From an uncultured Mycoplasmatota bacterium (GTDB taxonomy: Bacteria > Bacillota_I > Bacilli_A > RF39 > UBA660), in assembly GCA_948465965.1 (NCBI GenBank), contig CAOJYR010000002.1, positions 5,839-69,838 of the forward strand: a DNA stretch of 64,000 nt. Reading direction: 5' to 3'. The notes under the pieces were generated by a model. It searched no databases. It saw nothing but the letters and a program-made list of their open reading frames with translations, and was not told where the DNA came from. The position numbers and the translations under genes were made by a program. Position 1 is the stretch's first letter. Each line of letters starts with the position of its first letter. Below, piece by piece: positions 1 to 9,114 of the stretch.

Positions 1-876
1 GAAAAATTAAATGTATCTGAAGAATTAGAGTATACAATAGAAGCTAACTTTGATAGCATTGATGAAGAAAAACTAAATTTATTAAAAAAATATGGAGTAA
101 ATAGAATTAGTTTTGGTCTCGAGACCACCAATAATAAATTATTAAAATTATTAAATAGAACACTGGATAAGAAGGGTGTAATAAATATAATCAATTATTG
201 TAAAAAAATAGGCATCACAAATATAAATGTAGATTTAATGTATGCACTCCCAAATGAAACAATAGAGGACCTAAAAGAGGATATAAAGTTCCTAAAACAA
301 TTAGATATTCCGCACATCTCAACATACGCATTAATGATAGAAGAACATACAAAACTATATATTAATAATATCAAAAACATAGAAGAAGAAAAGGATGCAG
401 AAATGTATGCATTTATTTGTAACGAATTAAAGGACTACAACCACTATGAAATAAGCAATTTTGCAAAACCTGGTTATGAGTCCAAACATAACAAATGTTA
501 TTGGCATAATTTAGAGTATTATGGTTTTGGATTAGGTGCATCAGGATACATAAAGGAAAGACGATACACAAATACAAAAAGCATTAATAAATATATAGCA
601 GGAAAACACATCAAAGAGTTGGATAGTATTAATTTTTATGATAAAATAGATTATGAGATAATTCTAAATTTAAGATTAAAAGAAGGTATCAATAAAAAAA
701 CTTTTTATAATAAATACAATAAAACAATTGAAGAATTATATGATTACAAAATACTTGTTAAAACAGGACTTTTAATCGAAGATAAAAACAATATCTATAT
801 ACCAGAAGATAAATGGTATATAAGTAATGAAATATTAGTAAAATTTTTAGAAGGTGGAAAATATGAAGAAAACTGA
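1..876 (+). CDS. hemW: Radical-SAM heme chaperone HemW / oxygen-independent coproporphyrinogen-III oxidase-like protein (N-terminus outside window)
   Basis: Frame 1 is open from base 1 (EKLNVSEELEYTIEANFDS...). Motifs RISFGLETTNNKLLKLLNR, NVDLMYALPNET and HISTYALMIEEHT plus a HemN_C-like tail. The CxxxCxxC part lies upstream of the window. Confidence 0.8.
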   Translation, partial: EKLNVSEELEYTIEANFDSIDEEKLNLLKKYGVNRISFGLETTNNKLLKLLNRTLDKKGVINIINYCKKIGITNINVDLMYALPNETIEDLKEDIKFLKQLDIPHISTYALMIEEHTKLYINNIKNIEEEKDAEMYAFICNELKDYNHYEISNFAKPGYESKHNKCYWHNLEYYGFGLGASGYIKERRYTNTKSINKYIAGKHIKELDSINFYDKIDYEIILNLRLKEGINKKTFYNKYNKTIEELYDYKILVKTGLLIEDKNNIYIPEDKWYISNEILVKFLEGGKYEEN

Positions 877-1447
877 TAAATTTAAAATAGAATTAGAATA
901 TATAAAAAAAGAAGAAATAAGAAAAGACTGTATGAAAATGATAGAATTACTACCAGACTATTTTTTTGAAATACCTGCATCTTCTACTGGTAAATACCAT
1001 CCATCCTATTCACTAGGAGAAGGTGGACTTTTAAGACATACGAAGGCCGCTGTTAGAATTGGTTATGAGTTACTTAATGATCCATCCATTGGAGATAAAT
1101 ACACCAGTGATGAAAAAGATATAATGCTTATGGGATTAATGCTTCATGATGGATTAAAATCAGGGCTTAATCACTCTAAATATACTTTGTTTAATCATCC
1201 AATACTAATGGCCAATTTTATTGATGAAAATAAAGAAAAACTGACTATGTCAGAAAGTAATCGTACCTTGCTTACTTCAGTAATCAAAACCCATATGGGG
1301 CCTTGGACTAAAGATTACAACGGAGAAGAGGTGTTAGAAAAACCAAAAACAAAGTATCAAAATTTTGTCCATATGTGTGATTATCTAGCTAGTCGTAAAT
1401 GTCTACTACTACCATTTGATGATAATGATAATATAAGTGTCCAATAG
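863..1447 (+). CDS. HD-domain phosphohydrolase
   Basis: The ORF-track start at 854 is GTG. ATG 863 lies 5-6 nt after AAGGTGG. Has the LRHTKAA...MLHDGLK H/HD pattern. Overlaps the hemW stop. Confidence 0.6.
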   Translation: MKKTDKFKIELEYIKKEEIRKDCMKMIELLPDYFFEIPASSTGKYHPSYSLGEGGLLRHTKAAVRIGYELLNDPSIGDKYTSDEKDIMLMGLMLHDGLKSGLNHSKYTLFNHPILMANFIDENKEKLTMSESNRTLLTSVIKTHMGPWTKDYNGEEVLEKPKTKYQNFVHMCDYLASRKCLLLPFDDNDNISVQ

Positions 1448-1531
1448 ACACTTTTAATTTGCTAGTTTGTATAAAATGATTGTGAGAGAAAATATATTTT
1501 GATATGATTAAATTAGAAGGGAGGATAAATA

Positions 1532-2113
1532 ATGAAAAGTAAAAAAAGAAGAAAGAAAAAAGAAAAGCAAGTAAATATAATCCTTCCTATTATCGGAGTT
1601 TTTATTCTAATCATAGTAGTATTAATAACCAGTTATCATTCTCTTTTAAAAACAATAATGCCATCTTTAAAAACTCAAATAACAAAAGACTACATGACCT
1701 TTAATTATATAGAGAATAAAAACAATATTATTACCATAACAAATAATTATAAAACGTCAGATAATATTGGTAAAAAATCAAAAATAAATAAATTTGACTT
1801 TACTATAGCAAACGACATAAACACTAACAAAAACAATTATGAAGTTCAGCTTATTAAAATAGCAGCTGATATAGATACGAAGTACCTAAAATTTTACTTA
1901 ACTGATAAAAGCAACAATCCAGTATCCAATTTTAATGAAATCAAAAACTATGATACGTTAGAAAATACAACAGAAGGTAAAATTTTATATAGAGGATCCT
2001 TAAATAAAAAAAGAGAAAAATTAAGACTAAGAGTATGGATTAGTAAAGATTATAAAGAAAAAGATACTACTAAAAGTGCTTCATTCAAAATAAAAGTAGT
2101 ACCCCTAGATTAA
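1532..2113 (+). CDS. Membrane-anchored hypothetical protein (Lys-rich N-terminus, one TM helix, extracytoplasmic domain)
   Basis: RBS GGGAGG upstream. MKSKKRRKKKEK is followed by the hydrophobic stretch ILPIIGVFILIIVVLI. No recognisable catalytic motif. Confidence 0.5.
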   Translation: MKSKKRRKKKEKQVNIILPIIGVFILIIVVLITSYHSLLKTIMPSLKTQITKDYMTFNYIENKNNIITITNNYKTSDNIGKKSKINKFDFTIANDINTNKNNYEVQLIKIAADIDTKYLKFYLTDKSNNPVSNFNEIKNYDTLENTTEGKILYRGSLNKKREKLRLRVWISKDYKEKDTTKSASFKIKVVPLD

Positions 2114-2132
2114 AGAAAATAGGTGATTATAT

Positions 2133-2810
2133 ATGAGTATAGAAAAGGGAAAAATTATTGTAATTGAAGGAACTGATTGTTCCGGAAAGGAAACACAAGC
2201 AAAATTATTAGAAAAAAGGCTCAATAACAAAGGTATAAAGTGTATCCGTATGGCATTTCCAATGTATGATACCCCAACAGGAAAGATTATAGGTGGGGCA
2301 TATCTAGGAAACACAGATATCTCAGAAAGCCTCTTTGAAGAAGGAGCGGTTAATGTAGATCCTCACATCGCCTCTTTATACTATGCTGCCGATAGAAAAT
2401 ATAACATAAATAAAGTTCTAAATTACCTAAACAAAGGATACTATGTAATCCTAGATCGCTATACTACATCAAATTTAGCACATCAAGGCAGCAAAATAGA
2501 AAATAAAGACGAAAGATTTAACATGTACCAATGGATTGATAAATTAGAGTATTGGTTATTACAACTTCCTAAACCGGATAAAACGATATTTTTGCATGTT
2601 CCCTATAAGTATACAAAAGAATTGATGAAAAACAGAAAAATAATCGATGAAGCCGAAAAATCAGAAAAGCACTTAAAGCAGGCAGAAGAAGCATATATTG
2701 AGCTTTCCGAACTCTATAACTGGGATAGAATAGAGTGCATAGAAAACAATAAAATAAAAAGTATTGAACAAATAAATAATGAAATTTTAGAAAAAATAAA
2801 AAATATATAA
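2133..2810 (+). CDS. tmk: Thymidylate (dTMP) kinase family protein
   Basis: P-loop IVIEGTDCSGKETQAKLLEKRL, then LYYAADRKY and ILDRYTTSNLAHQG, as in dTMP kinases. RBS AGGTGA upstream. Confidence 0.7.
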   Translation: MSIEKGKIIVIEGTDCSGKETQAKLLEKRLNNKGIKCIRMAFPMYDTPTGKIIGGAYLGNTDISESLFEEGAVNVDPHIASLYYAADRKYNINKVLNYLNKGYYVILDRYTTSNLAHQGSKIENKDERFNMYQWIDKLEYWLLQLPKPDKTIFLHVPYKYTKELMKNRKIIDEAEKSEKHLKQAEEAYIELSELYNWDRIECIENNKIKSIEQINNEILEKIKNI

Positions 2811-2845
2811 AAGAAGCTATAAACAAGAATATAGCTTCTTTTTTA
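2811..2845. terminator. Bidirectional rho-independent terminator between tmk and the convergent transglutaminase-like gene
   Basis: AAGAAGCTATA (2811-2821) pairs with TATAGCTTCTT (2830-2840), with A/T runs on both sides. Confidence 0.6.
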
Positions 2846-3754
2846 ATTAAATTCTTTATATATATTTAAATCAAAAGAATGTTGTCCTGTTTCAATCTTC
2901 TTTAACTCCTCTGTAGTAATTAGAAAAAAATCATCCTCTAAGACATCACTTCCATCAGAAGTTACAGGATCATCCCAAGTTAAGTCCAAATGTCTCCATT
3001 CTCCATTTATGTATATAGCATTCCAAACATGATTTTCAGAAGAGATTTTATAGTTTTTAACATTCATATCCTCTAAAAATAACTCCATAGCATCAGTATA
3101 TCCACCACATAAACCATACCCCTGAATTAAAGTTCCATAAGCAATATCAGACTTATAATTCACTATATTTCTATCACTTCTATCCGAATCATACTTACTA
3201 TTATTAATAATATAATCATGGATATTTTTAATATTGTCCTCTAATCCCAAGCTTATATTAACAACTTCATTCTCAATAGTTAACACTTTCTTTTTAACCT
3301 CTGCTATATCAGAATCAGAATAGCTCTTTTGAATATGAATTTTTACTCTTCCTAATGAATCATATTCAGTTTCAACATTTTTAAACCCATTAAAAGGGTG
3401 AACATAATTATTAATATGAGAAAGAATAGTTTGATCATTAGCAATAGAATTAACCTCGCTTAAGCATTCACTATAATCACTAGGGCAATAAAAGGTAAAT
3501 TCATCTTTTCCAGCATTTATAGCTGTATAATATATATTTAAAATATCTTGCCTTGATTTAGGAGAAAAGTCCCTTGTATTTTGAACAAATAAAAAGTCAT
3601 AGTCTCTATAATATTCATTAACTTCCCCAATAGTAACTTTCTCAATATCATTTTTTAAGAACACTTTATTATATATTTTAATTAATTCCTCTTTTTGTGA
3701 AATCGTTATTCCTAATAGTAGCATTAAAATACCTAAACTAATAAATTTCTTCAT
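2843..3754 (-). CDS. Secreted transglutaminase-like cysteine protease domain protein
   Basis: N-terminal signal/anchor MKKFISLGILMLLLGI. Cys-His-Asp triad context GLCGGYTDAMELF, HVWNAIY, LDLTWDD. RBS GGAGGT upstream. Confidence 0.65.
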   Translation of the reverse strand: MKKFISLGILMLLLGITISQKEELIKIYNKVFLKNDIEKVTIGEVNEYYRDYDFLFVQNTRDFSPKSRQDILNIYYTAINAGKDEFTFYCPSDYSECLSEVNSIANDQTILSHINNYVHPFNGFKNVETEYDSLGRVKIHIQKSYSDSDIAEVKKKVLTIENEVVNISLGLEDNIKNIHDYIINNSKYDSDRSDRNIVNYKSDIAYGTLIQGYGLCGGYTDAMELFLEDMNVKNYKISSENHVWNAIYINGEWRHLDLTWDDPVTSDGSDVLEDDFFLITTEELKKIETGQHSFDLNIYKEFN

Positions 3755-3855
3755 AAAACCTCCAGTAAAAGTACATCTTCTAGTATCAATTTCATTTTAT
3801 CTTATTTTAAAATGAATGTAAATAAAAAACCAATCATTTATCAGATTGGCACTTA

Positions 3856-4116
3856 TTACATAGCATTGTTCATTTTAGTTAATCTAGATTTTAAACGAGC
3901 AGCCTTATTCTTATGGATTTTTCCACTTGACATAGCCTTATCAATTCTTTGAATAGCTATGTTTAACTTGTTACTAGCTTCTTCTTTATTTCCAGCTTTA
4001 ACTTCTTTTTCAAACTTCTTAATTGCTGTTCTCATGCTTGAAATAATTAAAGTATTAACATTAGTCTTTTTAGCATTAGAACGAACACGCTTCTTAGCAC
4101 TTTCAATATTTGGCAT
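3856..4116 (-). CDS. rpsT: 30S ribosomal protein S20
   Basis: MPNIESAKKRVRSNAKKT... is a typical S20 N-terminus and the length is 86 aa. Conserved rpsT/gpr/spoIIP neighbourhood. Confidence 0.95.
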   Translation of the reverse strand: MPNIESAKKRVRSNAKKTNVNTLIISSMRTAIKKFEKEVKAGNKEEASNKLNIAIQRIDKAMSSGKIHKNKAARLKSRLTKMNNAM

Positions 4117-4217
4117 TTTTTCACCTCACTTTTTATAAACATATTAATTTTACCAAACATTACAAAAAAAAGCAAATAATTTTTCATTATTTGTAAATAT
4201 TATTAATAGGTGATAAG

Positions 4218-5255
4218 ATGCATACGATTGATTTAAAAAAATTTAATATTAGAACAGATTTAATAATAGATGAAGTTGGAGTAAATAGAAAGGATATAAC
4301 CCCTTACCAAAAAACAACTACATATAAAAGTATAATAGTGGACGAGATAGAAATAACAGAAGAAAATAGACATTTATTTAATAAAAAAATAGGGCATTAT
4401 AAAACTATCACTTTTGAAGATGTAACTGATAAAGACAATTATAAAGAAGTAGAAAAAATATTTATAGAAACATTAAAAAAATTATTAGAAGAATTAAAGA
4501 TCAAAGAAGACGCCAGTGTTCTAATTGTAGGTTTAGGTAATGAAAAGTCAACCCCGGATGCCTTAGGACCTAAAGCTATAGAAAATATATTAGTAACCAA
4601 TCATTTATTTTCTTTAGGAGAAGTAGAAGATGGATATCGTAAAACAGCAAGCTTCAAGCCAAATGTTACTGGATCTACTGGAATTGAAACAAAAGATATG
4701 ATTACATCCCTTATAGATACAGTAAAACCTGATTTTTTAATTGCAATAGATGCACTGGCTTCTTCTTCTATCTCTAGACTAAACAAAACGATTCAAATAA
4801 CTGATTCAGGAATAAACCCTGGAAGTGGGATAGGAAACAACAGAAAAGAATTAAGTTACGATACCCTAAATATTCCTGTAATAGCAATAGGGATACCAAC
4901 AGTTGTAGATGCTACTACCATTGTGAATGATACATTTAATTATATGTTAAAACATCTAAGTTACAAAATAGAAAATAAAGACAACAAAAAATTAAAATTA
5001 GTACCAAACGAAAATCAAGATTATAGTAACCATCCAAATACATTATCACAAGAAGAGAAAGAACAAGTTTTAGGTTATATTGGCACACTAGATGAAGACG
5101 AATTTAAAAGATTCATTTACGAAGTATTAGTACCAATAAATTCAAACCTAATGGTAACCCCCAAAGAGGTTGACTTCGTAATTGAAAAATTAAGTTTCCT
5201 AATAGCAAATGGAATCAACAAAAGTCTACATAAAAGATTTAATCCGACAAATTAA
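4218..5255 (+). CDS. gpr: Germination protease GPR
   Basis: LIVGLGNEKSTPDALGPKA, AIDALASSS and GINPGSGIGN motifs. Divergent from rpsT and followed by spoIIP, as in Bacillus and Clostridium. Confidence 0.9.
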   Translation: MHTIDLKKFNIRTDLIIDEVGVNRKDITPYQKTTTYKSIIVDEIEITEENRHLFNKKIGHYKTITFEDVTDKDNYKEVEKIFIETLKKLLEELKIKEDASVLIVGLGNEKSTPDALGPKAIENILVTNHLFSLGEVEDGYRKTASFKPNVTGSTGIETKDMITSLIDTVKPDFLIAIDALASSSISRLNKTIQITDSGINPGSGIGNNRKELSYDTLNIPVIAIGIPTVVDATTIVNDTFNYMLKHLSYKIENKDNKKLKLVPNENQDYSNHPNTLSQEEKEQVLGYIGTLDEDEFKRFIYEVLVPINSNLMVTPKEVDFVIEKLSFLIANGINKSLHKRFNPTN

Positions 5256-5291
5256 TCCATATACAAGTATTATTATAAATATGGTGATTAT

Positions 5292-6254
5292 ATGAAAAAG
5301 AGATTTATAGCTAAAAAAAAGAAAAGAAAAATCAGTTATAAACTTTTTTTCTTTTTTATATTCTTTTCAATAGGATTAATGATAAGTTTTCATCTCCTAT
5401 TAAAATCAAACATAAAAATAGAGGACAAAGAACTAGTACAACTTCTACTAAACAATACAAATCATCACAATAAATATAAATATAGTAATATACTAAATAA
5501 AATCATTACAACCATAACACCAATAGATTATACAACCCCAGCATCTATTCTAGATACAAACTATAAAAAATTAATAATAGAAAAAAAAGAAGCAAAGAAA
5601 ATAATAAATACAAATAAAGAAAACAGCAATAATACAAACCCAATAATTTATATATATAACACACACCAAACAGAAGAATATGCCGCTAGTAATTTTATAG
5701 AATATAGTGTAAAACCAACCGTTCAAATGGCTAACTATATATTAGAGGATGTATTCACAAAAAATAATCTAAACACCAAAGTAGAAGAAACAAAAGTAAA
5801 AGATATTTTAAACACAAATGGATGGAATTACGCACATAGTTATAAAGCAAGTCGTCTTTTATTGGAAGACGCTAAAAAGAACAACCCAAGTCTTAAATAT
5901 TTTATAGACCTTCATAGAGATAGTATCTCTAAAGAAAAAACAACTATAGAAATAGATGGCAAAAACTATGCAAAGATCCTTTTTATAGTAGGATTAGAGC
6001 ATGAACACTATCAAGAGAATTTAGATTTTACAACAAAAATTAATAATAAATTAAATGAAAAATATCCAAATCTTTCAAAAGGAATATACAAAAAAGAAGG
6101 AGAGGGAGTAAATGGTATATATAATCAAGATTTTTCTCCCTATACTATATTAATAGAAATGGGGGGAAAAGATAATACTGTAGATGAAGTTTTAAATTCA
6201 TCACTAGCATTTTCTGATTGTTTTATGGAGGTGATAAAAGCAAATGAAGGGTAA
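5292..6254 (+). CDS. spoIIP: Stage II sporulation protein P (SpoIIP)
   Basis: N-terminal TM helix. IYIYNTHQTEEY and FIDLHRDS amidase-like motifs. Position directly after gpr. Confidence 0.8.
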   Translation: MKKRFIAKKKKRKISYKLFFFFIFFSIGLMISFHLLLKSNIKIEDKELVQLLLNNTNHHNKYKYSNILNKIITTITPIDYTTPASILDTNYKKLIIEKKEAKKIINTNKENSNNTNPIIYIYNTHQTEEYAASNFIEYSVKPTVQMANYILEDVFTKNNLNTKVEETKVKDILNTNGWNYAHSYKASRLLLEDAKKNNPSLKYFIDLHRDSISKEKTTIEIDGKNYAKILFIVGLEHEHYQENLDFTTKINNKLNEKYPNLSKGIYKKEGEGVNGIYNQDFSPYTILIEMGGKDNTVDEVLNSSLAFSDCFMEVIKANEG

Positions 6255-6567
6255 AAATATTGCCAAACTAGTTATGCTTACATTGCTTGTTTTCTTCATA
6301 GCACTTTATATAAGCCAATTAACTGGCTATTACGAATATACTGAAAGTAAAAAAACTACACTAACCAAAGAAGCTATAGAAAAATTTGAAAAAGACGTAA
6401 AAAATGGAAAAGAAGTAGAAGCAAAAAACTATTTACAAGAAGAAAAAGAATACAACAATAAGGCTTCAAACCTAGGAATAAAAATATCGGGTCTGATAGA
6501 AAAGGGGTTCAATAAGACAATGAATGCATTATTTAAAGAAATAGATAAAGCAGTAAACGAAAAATAA
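6244..6567 (+). CDS. Small membrane protein, YqxA-like by position
   Basis: Overlaps the spoIIP stop. RBS GGAGGTGA upstream. Single TM helix. B. subtilis carries yqxA in the same place after spoIIP. The call rests on synteny only. Confidence 0.45.
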   Translation: MKGKNIAKLVMLTLLVFFIALYISQLTGYYEYTESKKTTLTKEAIEKFEKDVKNGKEVEAKNYLQEEKEYNNKASNLGIKISGLIEKGFNKTMNALFKEIDKAVNEK

Positions 6568-6658
6568 GATTCCTTTCTAATACTAAAAAGAAAATAATAA
6601 AAAAATAAGAGGTTTCATCTCATGAACAAAGAAGAAACCTCTTAATTATAATAAACGT

Positions 6659-7534
6659 TTATTGATATAATTCTTGTTTAAGTAAATCTAAATTATTATT
6701 CATTATAGTTAAATAATCCCTTTTATTAGACCGATCACTATCAGACAAATTATCTAATTTATGTAGTTCTATTTTTTTTACATCAGAATTTTCATCCAAT
6801 AATTCAATAGCATTATCACTTAGCTTGTCATCTTTAAAACAATAGATATAACGAATTGTCCCATTTTTAATTAACTTTTTAGCATCACTAATTGTTTTAT
6901 CAGTAGCATCACTATCAACACAAATAACTTCCAAACCAAACTTTTCTAAATACTTTAAAGAAGAATTAGCCACTACAATTGTTTTATTGTTCGTGTTTTC
7001 AACCGCAACTCTATAGTCTGCATCTAATTCGGACAATTCTACTTTTAACTTTTCGTAAGCCTCATCTATTTCTTTTTCTAAATAAGTACTTGTTGCATAT
7101 TCTTCAATTCCCAGTCTTACATTTTGTGCCATCATAAGCAAAGAAGAAGGATTAAGCCATAACTCCTCTGGAGAATAATCAGTCTCTAAAACATATGCAG
7201 TATCAATAATTTTTAAATCTTGATTCAAATCCAACAGATCAAAAGCTAAATTACTTTCTTTTTCTATACGACCATTATAAACAAATAAATCTTTTTTACT
7301 AAAATCGCGTTTTCTTTTAGTATTTATTTTATAATTATTAATATCAACTCCATCAGGATAAACAGAACTAATACTTGCATGTGTTCCATATAATTTTTTA
7401 GTAATATATTCATTAGGATAATTAGTAACAATAATACTTATATCTTCCATGTTATCTTGTTTGCAACCAGTCATTGTAAATAAAACTCCTATAAATAATA
7501 AAAACAACAATATAATCTTTTTATTTCTTTTCAT
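6659..7534 (-). CDS. ZnuA/TroA-fold solute-binding lipoprotein (orphan, metal ligands apparently substituted)
   Basis: Lipobox LFTMTGC. Overall cluster-A SBP pattern ([22 protein letters not shown]). No permease or ATPase gene nearby. Its start overlaps the yidD stop (ATGA). Confidence 0.55.
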   Translation of the reverse strand: MKRNKKIILLFLLFIGVLFTMTGCKQDNMEDISIIVTNYPNEYITKKLYGTHASISSVYPDGVDINNYKINTKRKRDFSKKDLFVYNGRIEKESNLAFDLLDLNQDLKIIDTAYVLETDYSPEELWLNPSSLLMMAQNVRLGIEEYATSTYLEKEIDEAYEKLKVELSELDADYRVAVENTNNKTIVVANSSLKYLEKFGLEVICVDSDATDKTISDAKKLIKNGTIRYIYCFKDDKLSDNAIELLDENSDVKKIELHKLDNLSDSDRSNKRDYLTIMNNNLDLLKQELYQ

Positions 7535-7761
7535 TCTTTTTTCTCCTTATCTATATTAGGTACAGGATCATACCCATATTTACCCCAGGGATTACACCTT
7601 AAAATTCGCTTTATACTAAGATATCCCCCTCTAAAAACACCATATCGATAAATTGCTTCCATAGCATAATTTGAACAAGTAGGGTAATATCTACATCTAC
7701 TATGCCAAGCACCTGGTATTTTTTGATAAATACGAATAAGAAATAGTAAACCCTTTCTCAT
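7531..7761 (-). CDS. yidD: Membrane protein insertion efficiency factor YidD
   Basis: [19 protein letters not shown] and RILRCNPW signature. 76 aa. Confidence 0.9.
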   Translation of the reverse strand: MRKGLLFLIRIYQKIPGAWHSRCRYYPTCSNYAMEAIYRYGVFRGGYLSIKRILRCNPWGKYGYDPVPNIDKEKKE

Positions 7762-7878
7762 AATATCACCTAGTTTTACAATACTTCTCGTATAATAATT
7801 CTACTATAAAAAATTTAAAATAGCAATTATAAGTATACTAATTTAATAATTTTTGTTATAATGTTCATGGTGATTAAA

Positions 7879-8544
7879 ATGGAAAAACTATTTAAAAAGC
7901 TAAATATCAAACCCAAAGACTTAAAATTATATACAACTGCCTTTTCACATAGTTCCTATGCAAATGAGCATAAAGCAAAAAACGATTATGAGAGACTAGA
8001 ATTTTTAGGAGATGCCGTTGTTGACTTGGCTATAGCCGATTATCTATACTCTAACAAAAAGGAAAAAGAGGGAGAAATGACTAAACTAAGAGCAAGCTAC
8101 GTTTGTGAAAATGCCCTATATGAATATTCAACTTCACTAGGATTAAATAACTATATAAAGGTTGGCCATGGGGAAGAAAAAGAAGGTGGAAAATATAAAA
8201 AAGCAATTGTTGCAGATATATTCGAAGCCCTAATGGGAGCTATCTATCTAGATTTAGGTTATGCAACAGCAAGAAATATAATTTTAAAAATAATAGTCCC
8301 TTATATAGAAGATCCTAATATTATCTTTTTTAACGACTATAAAAGTGCTTTACAAGAATATGTGCAAACAGAACAAAAAAATCTTCACTATGAATTAATA
8401 AAAGAAGAAGGACCCGCTCATAATAAAACATTTACAGTTGAAGTTCTTCTTGATGATATAGTATATGGTATCGGTTCATCTGGTTCTAAAAAAGAAGCAG
8501 AACAAGAAGCCGCTAAAGTCGCTTTAGAAAAAATCGCTCTATAA
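7879..8544 (+). CDS. rnc: Ribonuclease III
   Basis: ERLEFLGDAVVDL catalytic signature, DIFEALMGAIYLD, and a C-terminal dsRBD (GPAHNKTF...GSGSKKEAEQEAAK). ATG 7861 lies inside a TGTTATAAT -10 box, so ATG 7879 (after GGTGA) is preferred. The start is uncertain. Confidence 0.9.
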   Translation: MEKLFKKLNIKPKDLKLYTTAFSHSSYANEHKAKNDYERLEFLGDAVVDLAIADYLYSNKKEKEGEMTKLRASYVCENALYEYSTSLGLNNYIKVGHGEEKEGGKYKKAIVADIFEALMGAIYLDLGYATARNIILKIIVPYIEDPNIIFFNDYKSALQEYVQTEQKNLHYELIKEEGPAHNKTFTVEVLLDDIVYGIGSSGSKKEAEQEAAKVALEKIAL

Positions 8545-8598
8545 TTGTAAAATATAGATTATTATGTTATAATAAATTTTGCTTTAGGGGGATTCAAT

Positions 8599-9111
8599 TT
8601 GTTAATAAAAGAAGTTCAAGAAGAATTACAATCTATAATAGAATTACTTTCTATCAGTAGCCAAAAGCAAAGATTACAGATAGTAAACGTTGTATATAAA
8701 AATAGATACACACTCGAAAAAGATCCGACGTTATTTGAAGAATTGGTCTATCAAAAAAAACAGCAGGAAAATTTATGTAAACTATTGAAAGAGTATGTAG
8801 AAAAAATAGCAAGTATCAACCCCAACGATATAGATAGCTTTGCTACACTACTTAAAGATATAGATTTGTTGCTAGATACTAATAAATTACTAAAAGATGA
8901 TTTAATCCTATTAAAAAATCTAGTCATTATCTATCAGATGACAGACAAAGACTTCATCCATATAAAATACAGAATGAATACTTTCATTCCAACATTAAAG
9001 GAAAAATATAATAATAGAGAAGAGTTATACACAGCTACACTAACAGAAACACAGAAAACAAAAGAAAAAATAAATAATAATTATAAATACTTGCAAAAAA
9101 GAAAGGAGTAA
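8599..9111 (+). CDS. Hypothetical protein
   Basis: TTG start 7 nt after AGGGGGA. 170 aa, helical and charged, no recognised motif. Confidence 0.5.
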   Translation: MLIKEVQEELQSIIELLSISSQKQRLQIVNVVYKNRYTLEKDPTLFEELVYQKKQQENLCKLLKEYVEKIASINPNDIDSFATLLKDIDLLLDTNKLLKDDLILLKNLVIIYQMTDKDFIHIKYRMNTFIPTLKEKYNNREELYTATLTETQKTKEKINNNYKYLQKRKE

Positions 9112-9114
9112 CAA

